Source: a virus. Taken from it: a stretch of 64,000 bases of DNA. The notes beneath the pieces are model-generated. The model saw only the letters and a list, made by a program, of their open reading frames with translations. It was not told the DNA's origin and did no database searches. The stretch is from positions 26,496 to 90,495 of the IMG/VR virus record IMGVR_UViG_3300035183_000733; one strand, 5' to 3'. Below are positions 1-8,429 of the stretch, piece by piece. The first letter of the stretch is position 1. Every line of letters begins with the position of its first letter. The position numbers were made by a program, and so were the translations under genes.

Positions 1-489
1 TCCAAGAACACACCACGCGCCATCGCCGAATTCACGGCGCTCGTTCTGCGCAAGTCGGTTAACACTGCCGACGTTGCCATGACCGCTGCCGGTGACAACT
101 CGGACATCGCGTCCGCGTTCCTTGAGTTGGTGGATTCGGATAAGAACTACGAGGCGATATTCATCATCTCGGACGGATACGAGAACAGCTATGACGGATT
201 GCTCAACGAGGTGATCAAGGCCTGGAGGGACATGACCGAATCGGCAACGCCGATCTACCACATCTCCCCTGTTGTCGGGGCGGAACTCAATGCCAAAGTT
301 CGCTCTATGGGCAACCAAATCTCCACCATCGCGGTCAACAGGCCGGAGGCGCTCAACGCTCAGATAAGCGCGAAGCTACTCGAGCAGGACACTAAGCGCT
401 GGCTGGAGAACCAGTTCCGCATGCTGTCCGAGCAGGTGTCTAAGAGGGCATCTAAATTAAACGCAAACAAAGAAACAGAAACAAGATAA
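1..489 (+). CDS. hypothetical protein, 5' partial; weak vWA-like IISDG motif
   Basis: ORF 79..489 stays open in frame back to nt 1; next gene starts 4 nt downstream. Confidence 0.5.
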   Translation, partial: SKNTPRAIAEFTALVLRKSVNTADVAMTAAGDNSDIASAFLELVDSDKNYEAIFIISDGYENSYDGLLNEVIKAWRDMTESATPIYHISPVVGAELNAKVRSMGNQISTIAVNRPEALNAQISAKLLEQDTKRWLENQFRMLSEQVSKRASKLNANKETETR

Positions 490-492
490 GTC

Positions 493-1581
493 ATGGTAAA
501 TTTCAAAGACCTACTAAAGGGATGCAGGCTGCACAAAGATGCGGACGGCAACATAATCGTTCAGTCAATCCTGAACATGCAGCTGGTTTGTCTGACCACC
601 GACAGTGAGTTCAGCCACAACAAGTTCGCTAACCCTATGGACGTGCTTGGTTCTAACCAAAGATACGGGCACCTCAACCTTACCAACCCCGAGAACAAGG
701 ACATGATAGTCCCTGCTCAGATAGCCGTTCTCACCAAGCAGAGCGCGCAGAACCACGGGATGGTGAAGGCCGCGTACATCCCGTCGAAGTCGAGATCCGA
801 CTTCTACGACGCTGGGTGTGTGCAGGGATCGCAGCCCGGTTACATCCGCGCTAACAAGAACGACCAGGAGATCCGTTTCCTTCCGTTTGGTGTGCGCGAG
901 TACATCTGGAACAAGGTGAACAAGACCGGTAGCCACGATAACATCTACGCAGCCATCGACAAGGTTGGTCGCGATACTGGAGCTAACTCCGGAACGTATA
1001 TCGACCAGTACTTCAAGAAGTTCGATAAGGAGATAAACGAGTTCATCGCGCACTTCGAGCGCCCGAAGAACACCATCGGCACCATCGTGCTCATCGACGG
1101 TGAGATAATCGCCATCGACAAGTTCCCGAGCTTCGAGTACTGCGAGCAGGTGTGGGACGCGCTGATACGCGACTGCTACGGTGCCATTGCCATTACGCAG
1201 GAAAGGCAGGGCAAGAAGGCCCAGTCACTGTTCACCGAGAACATGTCTAAGCAGAAGCGCAAGGCAAACGAATCGCCGGCAGCGTACCTGAAGAGGATCA
1301 TGACTTCCACCAAGAAGTCTATCGAGGACAACGTGCGCGCTAAGCTTGAGGAAATTCTCGAGCTCAGCTTCAGCGAGAGGCAGGACACCGACCTCAATGG
1401 CCAGAACGGGTACACATCTAAGATCCTCACCGCGGAGGGCTACATAGGACAGAAGATTTCCGAGTCCAACTACCACCACCTGGTGTCTGTTGTGCGCAAG
1501 GAGTCGTTCGACCCGGAGCGTTTCCGCAAGGCAAACGAGATGCGCTCGAAAGCGAGCAAGCAGAGGGGATTCGAGATTTAA
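493..1581 (+). CDS. hypothetical protein (362 aa)
   Basis: long ORF tightly packed with neighbours; no recognisable motif. Confidence 0.6.
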   Translation: MVNFKDLLKGCRLHKDADGNIIVQSILNMQLVCLTTDSEFSHNKFANPMDVLGSNQRYGHLNLTNPENKDMIVPAQIAVLTKQSAQNHGMVKAAYIPSKSRSDFYDAGCVQGSQPGYIRANKNDQEIRFLPFGVREYIWNKVNKTGSHDNIYAAIDKVGRDTGANSGTYIDQYFKKFDKEINEFIAHFERPKNTIGTIVLIDGEIIAIDKFPSFEYCEQVWDALIRDCYGAIAITQERQGKKAQSLFTENMSKQKRKANESPAAYLKRIMTSTKKSIEDNVRAKLEEILELSFSERQDTDLNGQNGYTSKILTAEGYIGQKISESNYHHLVSVVRKESFDPERFRKANEMRSKASKQRGFEI

Positions 1582-1886
1582 GAATAGGGTTGTAAGTCCG
1601 CACACCCACCAGGTAGTCTCGCGGAGTAGCTTGAGTTCCAACTGCGGAACGTGAGGCGGATGGAGCCTGGTAGTACACAAGAAGGTAACCGTGATAAAGG
1701 CGCGTGGCCGATACACCAGTCACGCATCGTGGAACAAAAGCGGTGAAGATATTGTTAGGACATCGGAACCGGAAAAACCGCCGGTCTAACTGAACCATCA
1801 TGTAGTGCGGAGAAGGTATTGGAGGCGACAGGAAACTGTCGCCTTCTTCATTTACAAAATACTCATTTTTCACTTATCTTCGGTAC

Positions 1887-3719
1887 ATGATCGCCGATAA
1901 TGATAATACGCAGATGGAAGAGCAACGCGATGTTGCCGAGGGCGAACAGACCAGGACGGAGGCTGTTGACAACGTGAGGCGACAGCTCGAGGAAATGGTA
2001 ATGTATGAGCCCATAACCGCCACCAACGTTGCGGCGGCGATAGAACTGGCCAGGATTAGCGGCAGCGATACATCCGAACTACGCGCCTTACAAACAACAT
2101 CATCGGCAACCTCCGAGTGGGTCTCTATGGAATCGTACGGGGGCGGATACGAATCCGGCCTCGACGATTGGAACAACATTGGCACCGCGGAACCGCAGCC
2201 GGTGCGAGAGGATACCGAGGAGGAGAAAGCGGCCAAGTTCGCCGAGCGGCTCCGACTCGCCGAGGAACTGAAGATTAAAGTATTAAAAACAAAATCGAGG
2301 AAAATGTCAAGAACACGCACCGTAATACTGGAAGAGATAGCCACCAGCGTCATCAACAACGTAGACAGCGCGCTTGCATCCATAACCGAGCAATCGACCC
2401 ACGAAAATTTCGTGAGCTACTTGAGCTACTTGTCCGAGTATATGGACCGGTGCGACACGCACATAGATAACCAGATAAGCAAGGAACAGCTGAAGAAGAA
2501 GAAGCTTGCCGAGTCTATGCTTAGGAATAAGCCGGACATGCGGTCGAAACTGTTCTGTCCGATGGGGATAGAGTACACGTACCATCCAAAGATCAGAAGA
2601 CCAAAAATAAAAGAATCTGCTATAAGCGAGAATTCCAGACTAAACAACATAGCCTACGCGGGCGGTAATATAAAGTTCAGGACCTACACAATGACTTTGG
2701 ATTTAGATGGATCTCCAAGATTTACTCCTAATCAAATAGAATCCACGGAACAGACCACACCAGAGAACACGGAACGTCAAGAAATACCTGATGACTTATT
2801 GTCTGCGAAGCTTGCTACAGAGGATCCAGTCGCGGAGGAACAACCACAGGAGCCAGAGCCGGTGGCACCTAACCCCAATTACGAGCCATCTGTATTCTCC
2901 CGCGGGAATAGACGAGATACATTGGACAAAATAGTGACGAGGATATTGACGAGGATAAATGAAGTCAAGCGGGCCACCGGTCTCTATCCGGAGGCAAGGG
3001 TATACGCGGACAACGGCGTCGTAGAGGTGTGCTCTCCGGTGCACCGAGACTGGAAGTCCATGCGAGAATGGTACAGGTGGATGGTGAACGAGCTCGGCTC
3101 CTCTGTGACTGTCATAAACAAGAAGAAGGGTAGCGGTGGCGGACACATCAACTGCGCCATGCCAAAAAAACTGAAGGAGAAGTTCATGTACAACCTGCTC
3201 GTGGACATCGGCAACAGGCCGTACCTCAACTGGATATTCAATGACCCGAGCGATAACCACACAGCCAACTGCATGTGGGACTCTAAGGATATGCAGCGCA
3301 TCTACGAGCACGTACACAAAAACAAAGAGAAGTGGGACGCCGACGACAGCGACTTCATAAGTACCTTGGGCGAACTGATAACTCTCACCAACTCAAGAGG
3401 CTTCGCCATCAGAGTGAAATCTGAATACCACTTCGAGTTCAGGTGTTTCGACGCCATAAGAAACGAGCGGGACCTCGAGGACATTGTCATATTCGTTAGT
3501 GAGTACATGCGCAGCATATACTCCATGACAGTAGCGGGTAACATGTTTGACAGCATCGGTGGGACCACGGATGACCTCCCGAATTTTGCGGCCACTGCCC
3601 GGACAGATTTCAACAGGCTGCTGCGGAAAATTGGGCTCGATCCGGAAAATTACCGCAGGTTCATCGACCGCAATTTCGAGGTTCGGCGGAAAGTTTATGG
3701 AAAAAATAACCTCATTTGA
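1887..3719 (+). CDS. hypothetical protein (610 aa); C-terminal half weakly amidoligase / carboxylate-amine-ligase-like
   Basis: long ORF; motifs GVVEVCSPV and GGGHINCAM recall the GS-like amidoligase fold; speculative. Confidence 0.55.
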   Translation: MIADNDNTQMEEQRDVAEGEQTRTEAVDNVRRQLEEMVMYEPITATNVAAAIELARISGSDTSELRALQTTSSATSEWVSMESYGGGYESGLDDWNNIGTAEPQPVREDTEEEKAAKFAERLRLAEELKIKVLKTKSRKMSRTRTVILEEIATSVINNVDSALASITEQSTHENFVSYLSYLSEYMDRCDTHIDNQISKEQLKKKKLAESMLRNKPDMRSKLFCPMGIEYTYHPKIRRPKIKESAISENSRLNNIAYAGGNIKFRTYTMTLDLDGSPRFTPNQIESTEQTTPENTERQEIPDDLLSAKLATEDPVAEEQPQEPEPVAPNPNYEPSVFSRGNRRDTLDKIVTRILTRINEVKRATGLYPEARVYADNGVVEVCSPVHRDWKSMREWYRWMVNELGSSVTVINKKKGSGGGHINCAMPKKLKEKFMYNLLVDIGNRPYLNWIFNDPSDNHTANCMWDSKDMQRIYEHVHKNKEKWDADDSDFISTLGELITLTNSRGFAIRVKSEYHFEFRCFDAIRNERDLEDIVIFVSEYMRSIYSMTVAGNMFDSIGGTTDDLPNFAATARTDFNRLLRKIGLDPENYRRFIDRNFEVRRKVYGKNNLI

Positions 3720-3803
3720 GGGAAAAATTTTCACAATTATGTTCACGATTCAAAAAAAGCTCGTACATTTGTATCGTTAAATAATAAACAAAGTTCAGAA
3801 ACT

Positions 3804-3980
3804 ATGGCAAAAACAGCTAAAAAGTCGACAGCAAAAAAAGCTAAGGCTACTAAAAAAGCAAAGCCTGCGGCTAAGAAAGCTGCGGTAAAGAAAACTGCTA
3901 AACCTGCGAAGAAGAGCACGCCGAAGGCGAAGGCTACTCCGAAGGCTGAGCCAGCGAAGAAGGAAACTTCACCTCGCTAA
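3804..3980 (+). CDS. small Lys/Ala-rich basic protein (58 aa), histone H1 / Hc1-like
   Basis: ATG 3804 to TAA 3978-3980; translation is AKKA/PAKK repeats; below the 60-aa cut-off of the ORF track. Confidence 0.5.
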   Translation: MAKTAKKSTAKKAKATKKAKPAAKKAAVKKTAKPAKKSTPKAKATPKAEPAKKETSPR

Positions 3981-4155
3981 GCTCAAAAAGGTTGTGTGAC
4001 GTCGCTGAGGGAACCCAGTGGACACAGAGGATTATCGTTCCATTCCAGATTGACCATCCTCAAGCAACACTCTCCTGAAAACTGGCGTACGCCCGGAGCA
4101 ATCCGGGCCGCGGCCAAGCTGAGTCTCTTAGCCCCCTAAGGCTCAGCGGAACATT

Positions 4156-4285
4156 TGTCGAGTACAACTGGAGGTCAAGCGCTGATCAAAGGTGGTCCTG
4201 ACGGGAAGCAGCAGTCTAATTAACTGCTGGAGCCCGATCAAACTCAGCAAAGGAAGTGCGGGTTCGAATCCCGCCTCGACGGCAG
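4156..4285 (+). ncRNA. tRNA-like 3' element (T-arm GCGGG-TTCGAAT-CCCGC plus 7-bp acceptor) without canonical cloverleaf; possible tmRNA-like or insertion-bearing tRNA
   Basis: perfect T-arm at 4258-4274; 3' acceptor ctcgacg pairs with tgtcgag at 4156-4162 which is 127 nt away; internal 7-bp hairpin 4211-4231; 5' boundary uncertain. Confidence 0.25.
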
Positions 4286-4360
4286 TGCAAGAACTACGGT
4301 GAACATGGGTTCGTCCCTCCGCCGTAGTTTTTAAAAATGAATTAAAAACCGAAACAATTC

Positions 4361-4390
4361 GGGATATATAGAGTATAAAGATAAGATTGT
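4361..4390 (+). promoter_or_regulatory. candidate phage promoter, motif GGATATATAgAgTATAAAgATAAG
   Basis: near-identical 30-nt motif recurs at 16148 and 20038 and partly at 25728, each upstream of a short ORF, a terminator and a tRNA cluster. Confidence 0.45.
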
Positions 4391-4463
4391 TCTACCTTAT
4401 TCCCAACAAATGGCAGATATACAAACAGGGACTTGCCAGGTAAAATAGTCGAACTAAAAAGAC

Positions 4464-4550
4464 ATGAAGAAGTATAACGCATATCAGCAGTATAATCAAA
4501 ATCAGAATCAAAGTTCTGGGCTGAGCGTTATTTCCCCATTTGAAAAGTAG
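4464..4550 (+). CDS. short leader ORF (28 aa, MKKYNAYQQ..), TAG stop
   Basis: start ATGAAGAAG resembles the leader ORFs at 16171, 20063 and 25742; sits between promoter motif and terminator. Confidence 0.25.
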   Translation: MKKYNAYQQYNQNQNQSSGLSVISPFEK

Positions 4551-4574
4551 TAACACACTATACAACGCGTAAAA

Positions 4575-4600
4575 GGCCCAGGACAAAATCCTGGGTCTTT
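4575..4600 (+). terminator. rho-independent terminator
   Basis: GGCCCAGGA-caaaa-TCCTGGGTC followed by TTTTT. Confidence 0.6.
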
Positions 4601-4606
4601 TTACTT

Positions 4607-4695
4607 GGGTGGATTACCGTAGAGGCCGAACGGTCCAGACTGTTAATCTGGTGTGACGACGAGTCCCATCGCAGGTTCGAATCCTGCTCCGCCCG
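4607..4695 (+). tRNA. tRNA with long variable arm (type-II-like), anticodon GTT (Asn-type)
   Basis: acceptor gggtgga/tccgccc; anticodon arm ccaga-ctgttaa-tctgg; 19-nt variable arm with gac/gtc hairpin; T-arm gcagg-ttcgaat-cctgc. Confidence 0.5.
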
Positions 4696-4731
4696 CAAAA
4701 ATAGGTCCGACACGGGTAGATAGTAAATTAT

Positions 4732-4805
4732 GGACATGTAGCTCAGCAGGTCAGAGCAGCTCACTGTTAATGAGAAGGCCGGGGGTTCGAATCCCTCCTT
4801 GTCCG
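4732..4805 (+). tRNA. tRNA-Asn (GTT)
   Basis: 74-nt cloverleaf; D-stem gctc/gagc; anticodon loop ctgttaa; T-arm ggggg-ttcgaat-ccctc. Confidence 0.8.
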
Positions 4806-4810
4806 CAAAT

Positions 4811-4885
4811 TTCTTGGGTGAGTCGGCTGTTTATTACGCGCGCAGCTGACGGTTGGAAGAAGAGGTTCGAGTCCTCCCTAAGGAG
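4811..4885 (+). ncRNA. tRNA-like element, atypical core (acceptor + T-arm with one long internal hairpin)
   Basis: acceptor ttcttgg/ctaagga and T-loop ttcgagt are present but no D or anticodon arm can be drawn; an 8-bp hairpin spans 4822-4850. Confidence 0.3.
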
Positions 4886-4895
4886 CAACAAATAT

Positions 4896-4985
4896 GGGTG
4901 TACGGTCGCGACGGTGGAGCGACCCCAGTCTGTAAAACTGGGACATTTAAAGAAACGCCGGGGGTTCGAAATCCCTCTACACCCA
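4896..4985 (+). tRNA. tRNA-Tyr (GTA)-like copy with 8-nt T-loop and A-rich variable region
   Basis: acceptor gggtgta/tacaccc perfect; anticodon arm ccagt-ctgtaaa-actgg identical to the neighbouring tRNA-Tyr; T-loop ttcgaaat. Confidence 0.5.
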
Positions 4986-4990
4986 CACAT

Positions 4991-5072
4991 TGAGGAGCGC
5001 TAACGTTGGAGAGTTAGACCAGTCTGTAAAACTGGTGCTTCGGCTGAGTGGGTTCGAATCCCATCTCCTCAA
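4991..5072 (+). tRNA. tRNA-Tyr (GTA)
   Basis: acceptor tgaggag/ctcctca; anticodon loop ctgtaaa; variable arm closed by a gc-ttcg-gc tetraloop. Confidence 0.8.
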
Positions 5073-5079
5073 CTTAAAT

Positions 5080-5163
5080 TGTCCGATCGCCTAATGGCAT
5101 GGCGCCGGGTTTTGGCCCCGGTGGGAAGTAATTCCTGTGTAGGTTCGACCCCTGCTCGGACAA
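5080..5163 (+). tRNA. tRNA with long variable arm, anticodon TTG (Gln-type)
   Basis: acceptor tgtccga/tcggaca; anticodon arm ccggg-ttttggc-cccgg is the same loop as tRNA-Gln(TTG) at 5282; 17-nt variable arm ggaa-gtaa-ttcc. Confidence 0.5.
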
Positions 5164-5281
5164 CAAGACATCGACAGAGGTACTCGTCCGCAGACGTGTG
5201 GAAAAGTGTGTGCTTGCGACCATTAAAGTCTCTGTGTATCCCAATAGGTAGGAAGTAATTACTCTGAATGATTGGGAATAC

Positions 5282-5354
5282 TGTCCTGTAGTGTAACTGG
5301 CAACACGTCGGGTTTTGGCCCCGAAGATTCCAGGTTCGAACCCTGGTGGGACAA
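5282..5354 (+). tRNA. tRNA-Gln (TTG)
   Basis: 73-nt cloverleaf; anticodon arm tcggg-ttttggc-cccga; T-arm ccagg-ttcgaac-cctgg. Confidence 0.8.
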
Positions 5355-5392
5355 CAAAACGAAATTTATTTCGTATCTTTGAAGTATTATAT

Positions 5393-5465
5393 TGTCCTGT
5401 AGTTCAACTGGCAGAGCGCCTGATTCTGGATCAGGATGTTGGAGGTTCGAACCCTCCCGGGACAA
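5393..5465 (+). tRNA. tRNA-Gln (CTG)
   Basis: 73-nt cloverleaf; anticodon arm cctga-ttctgga-tcagg; T-arm ggagg-ttcgaac-cctcc. Confidence 0.8.
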
Positions 5466-5529
5466 CATGGGAATTAAGAACAACAATTAGTAGATAGATG
5501 CTGTAATCCTAAATACACACAAAAGACTG

Positions 5530-7092
5530 GTGGCGGATATATTTGGAAATATGAGCATAATAACTAAAAAAGATTCGGGGAGGGTACGCGTACGTTTCGC
5601 GCCCTCCCCTACGGGACCCCTGCACTTAGGAGGGATCAGGACCGCATTATACAACTACCTGTTTGCTAAGAAGCACGGCGGCGATTTCATACTTCGCATC
5701 GAAGATACCGATGCGATGAGGTTCGTGCCAGGCGCCGAAGAGTATATCATCGAAGCGCTGAAGTGGTGCGGTATATCGCCCAACGAAGGCGTTGGATTTG
5801 GCGATGGTCCGCATGCACCATACAGGCAGTCGGAGAGAAAATCCATTTACAAGGAATACGCTATTAAGCTCGTGGAGCTCGGCCATGCATACTATGCGTT
5901 TGATACTGGGGTATCGCTCGAAGAGAGACGCGCTGTCAACAAGAATTTTATGTATAACGGGGTGACTCGCGAGTCGCTGAGAAATAGTTTGACGTTGTCT
6001 TCTGATGAGGTGAAATCGCTATTAGACTCGGAGACGCCGTACGTTATTCGGTTTAAGATACCGCGCAACACCGAGGTCGTGGTTAACGACATAGTTCGTG
6101 GTGCAATAAGGGTCAACACGAACACGCTCGACGACAAGGTATTGTTCAAGAGTGACGGCATGCCTACTTACCACCTGGCGAACATTGTGGATGACCATCT
6201 CATGGGGATCACCCATGTAATCCGAGGTGAGGAGTGGTTGCCGTCTGCCCCGCTGCACGTTCTTTTGTACGAGGCTCTCGAGTGGGACGCCCCAGAGTTC
6301 TGCCACCTTGCGTTGATACTTGGGCCTAACGGCAAGATGAGCAAGCGCGACATGGATTCTCTCGGGTTCCCAGTGTACCCGCTTGATTGGACAGATCCCA
6401 ACACGGGGGAAAAGGCATCCGGATACCGTGAGATGGGATTCCTACCGGAAGCGTTCATCAACATGCTTGCGTTCATCGGATGGAACCCCGGCAACGGCAA
6501 GGAGATAATGGGTCTCGACGAGATGGCAGAGGTGTTCGACCTCAGGAAGGTTCAGAGAGCTGGTGCCAAGTTCGACCCAAAGAAGGCGGAGTGGTACAGC
6601 AAGGAGTACATGAGGGTCGCTGACGACGCCGTGCTCGTCGAGAAGTGGATACCGGATCTGTGGGATAACGTTGATAAAAGCATTCCGCTTTCTCGCGTTT
6701 CTTCCGAGTACCGCACGAAGGTCGTCCACTTACTGAAGGAGAAGGTGGCATATCTCGGAAAGTTTTGGGAGAACGGCAGTTACTTCTTTATTGATCCAAC
6801 CGATATGTCGGTGCTCGATGAGTTGGCCGCGTCTAATGATAAGGTAACTCCGTTTATATTAAGCATGATGTCTAAGCTGATCGCCGATGATGTATTCGAT
6901 ATGACTACCACTAAGGCTTGCTTTGATTCTGCCATAGCAGAATCCGGCATTGAGCCGCGCGAGGCCGGTAAGGCATTGCGTGCTGCAGTTTGCGGCAACA
7001 AAGTGGGGCCGCCGATGTTCGACATATTGGTGGTGCTCGGAAAGAACACCACGTTGTCTCGTCTTAAGAACTGCGCAACTGCACGAAGCTAA
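5530..7092 (+). CDS. gltX: glutamyl-tRNA synthetase (class I, bacterial GltX type)
   Basis: PSPTGPLHLGG (HIGH), KMSKRD (KMSKS), LAFIGWNPG, YRQSER motifs; 520 aa. Confidence 0.9.
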   Translation: MADIFGNMSIITKKDSGRVRVRFAPSPTGPLHLGGIRTALYNYLFAKKHGGDFILRIEDTDAMRFVPGAEEYIIEALKWCGISPNEGVGFGDGPHAPYRQSERKSIYKEYAIKLVELGHAYYAFDTGVSLEERRAVNKNFMYNGVTRESLRNSLTLSSDEVKSLLDSETPYVIRFKIPRNTEVVVNDIVRGAIRVNTNTLDDKVLFKSDGMPTYHLANIVDDHLMGITHVIRGEEWLPSAPLHVLLYEALEWDAPEFCHLALILGPNGKMSKRDMDSLGFPVYPLDWTDPNTGEKASGYREMGFLPEAFINMLAFIGWNPGNGKEIMGLDEMAEVFDLRKVQRAGAKFDPKKAEWYSKEYMRVADDAVLVEKWIPDLWDNVDKSIPLSRVSSEYRTKVVHLLKEKVAYLGKFWENGSYFFIDPTDMSVLDELAASNDKVTPFILSMMSKLIADDVFDMTTTKACFDSAIAESGIEPREAGKALRAAVCGNKVGPPMFDILVVLGKNTTLSRLKNCATARS

Positions 7093-7110
7093 TGAGTACT
7101 ATGCCGTATA

Positions 7111-7776
7111 TCAAGCCGCGCTATTCTTGATTCTTCGAGTCCACTTCTTTCTGACCTTCTTTATGTTCAGTAAAAGATTTCTCTCTTTTTTAATCATGTT
7201 GTCGACCTTGCTTATTGTGGTACCCAGTTCCTTCGCGATGTCTTTCATTATCACGTCACCCCGATGCTTAAGTATTATGTTTAACGCCGGGTATTTGTTC
7301 GGACATTTACGTAGCACATGCTTGGCCTTGTCGAGCTTGTCGAGCTGTACATCGTACTTTTTTCGGACCATCTCCTTTACCTGAAAGTGTATGTTTGAGT
7401 CTATGCCGGCATACCTCCTATACACGGACATGGTCTCGTTGCCCGAGAGGTGTAACTTGACATCCTCACATCTGTCGTACTTTGAATCTTGTTTGATCCA
7501 TTGCAAGCACTCCATGTATGCTATATGATGCAGCCAAGTGGTGAATTTAGACTTGGTCTTGTCAAATTTTTTATGATACTGTAACAACCGCAAGAATGTC
7601 TGCGACACTATATCGTCAGCAACTATAGGCCCCACTTTATTTGCTGCAAAATGCCGAATTTTCGACCCGAACACCTCGAACGCCATACCGACGAGCTCGG
7701 GGTCCTCGGCAATGCCATCTTGTATTATCCTTACCTTGTCTTTGTCCATAAGCATTATATCGCGACCATGACGCAT
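7111..7776 (-). CDS. RNA polymerase sigma factor, sigma-70 / ECF-like
   Basis: region 2 DDIVSQTFLRLLQY..FTTWLHHIAYMECLQWIKQ and region 4 HTH DIAKELGTTISKVDNMIKKER. Confidence 0.7.
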   Translation of the reverse strand: MRHGRDIMLMDKDKVRIIQDGIAEDPELVGMAFEVFGSKIRHFAANKVGPIVADDIVSQTFLRLLQYHKKFDKTKSKFTTWLHHIAYMECLQWIKQDSKYDRCEDVKLHLSGNETMSVYRRYAGIDSNIHFQVKEMVRKKYDVQLDKLDKAKHVLRKCPNKYPALNIILKHRGDVIMKDIAKELGTTISKVDNMIKKERNLLLNIKKVRKKWTRRIKNSAA

Positions 7777-7845
7777 GTTTCGCGTATGAATATTGGTTAT
7801 ATTGGTAGATAAATATAGGGCGCTGATAAATTAAATACAAACAAC

Positions 7846-8160
7846 ATGGCAAAAGAGATTACAGATTCAAACTTCGCAGAGATTATAGGCCAGGACAAAT
7901 TGGTCGTGGTTGACTTCTGGGCGGAATGGTGCGGCCCCTGCCGCATAGTTGGGCCGGTAGTAGAGGACCTCGCCAACGATTACGAGGGACGGGCGGTGAT
8001 AGGCAAGGTTGACGTCGATACAAACCCGGAGACGTCTTTGAAGTATGGAATACGTAACATCCCTACGATCCTCTTCATCAAAGACGGACAGGTTGTCGAC
8101 AAACAAGTAGGCGTGGCTCCGAAGTCGGTGCTCGAAGAAAAAATAAAGCGGCACCTGTGA
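7846..8160 (+). CDS. trxA: thioredoxin
   Basis: WCGPC active site in a 104-aa thioredoxin fold. Confidence 0.9.
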   Translation: MAKEITDSNFAEIIGQDKLVVVDFWAEWCGPCRIVGPVVEDLANDYEGRAVIGKVDVDTNPETSLKYGIRNIPTILFIKDGQVVDKQVGVAPKSVLEEKIKRHL

Positions 8161-8400
8161 TGGTCTGGACTGAAGATAAGAAGGAGAAGGCTTAGCCGAA
8201 CTCATTAAGTACTTCGAGAAGCACGGCATCGGTGAGTGCATACAGCAGAGCGACTCTGCCATAATAGAGGCGCCCGATGTTCTAAGCCACATAGCCGATC
8301 GGATTCCCTCTCCCTCTTTCAGAATAAATTATCAGGAAACCGAGGAATATAAAGTCATAGAATCGTGTCGGTACGACCGAGTGCGCGCACGATGACATTA

Positions 8401-8428
8401 AAAAGCCCCAGATTGCTCTGGGCTTTTT
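8401..8428. terminator. rho-independent terminator (bidirectional)
   Basis: AAAAAGCCCCAGA-ttgc-TCTGGGCTTTTT between convergent genes. Confidence 0.6.
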
Positions 8429-8429
8429 G

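Noticed and set aside
4392-5497. ORF-track entries overlapping the tRNA clusters (also 15490..16132, 16674..16967, 20818..21631, 21691..22032, 25860..26407)
   Set aside because: Their translations contain the GFEP/RTRI/NQLSY strings that are reverse or direct readings of tRNA T-arms and D-arms; these are shadows of tRNA genes.
7867-8292. Antisense ORFs inside confident genes (e.g. 7867..8292 vs trxA, 26724..27623, 28634..29191, 30365..31121, 36016..37005, 40756..41064, 44590..45177, 54518..55534, 59797..60930)
   Set aside because: Low-complexity Ser/Arg/Leu-rich translations lying opposite genes with clear motifs.
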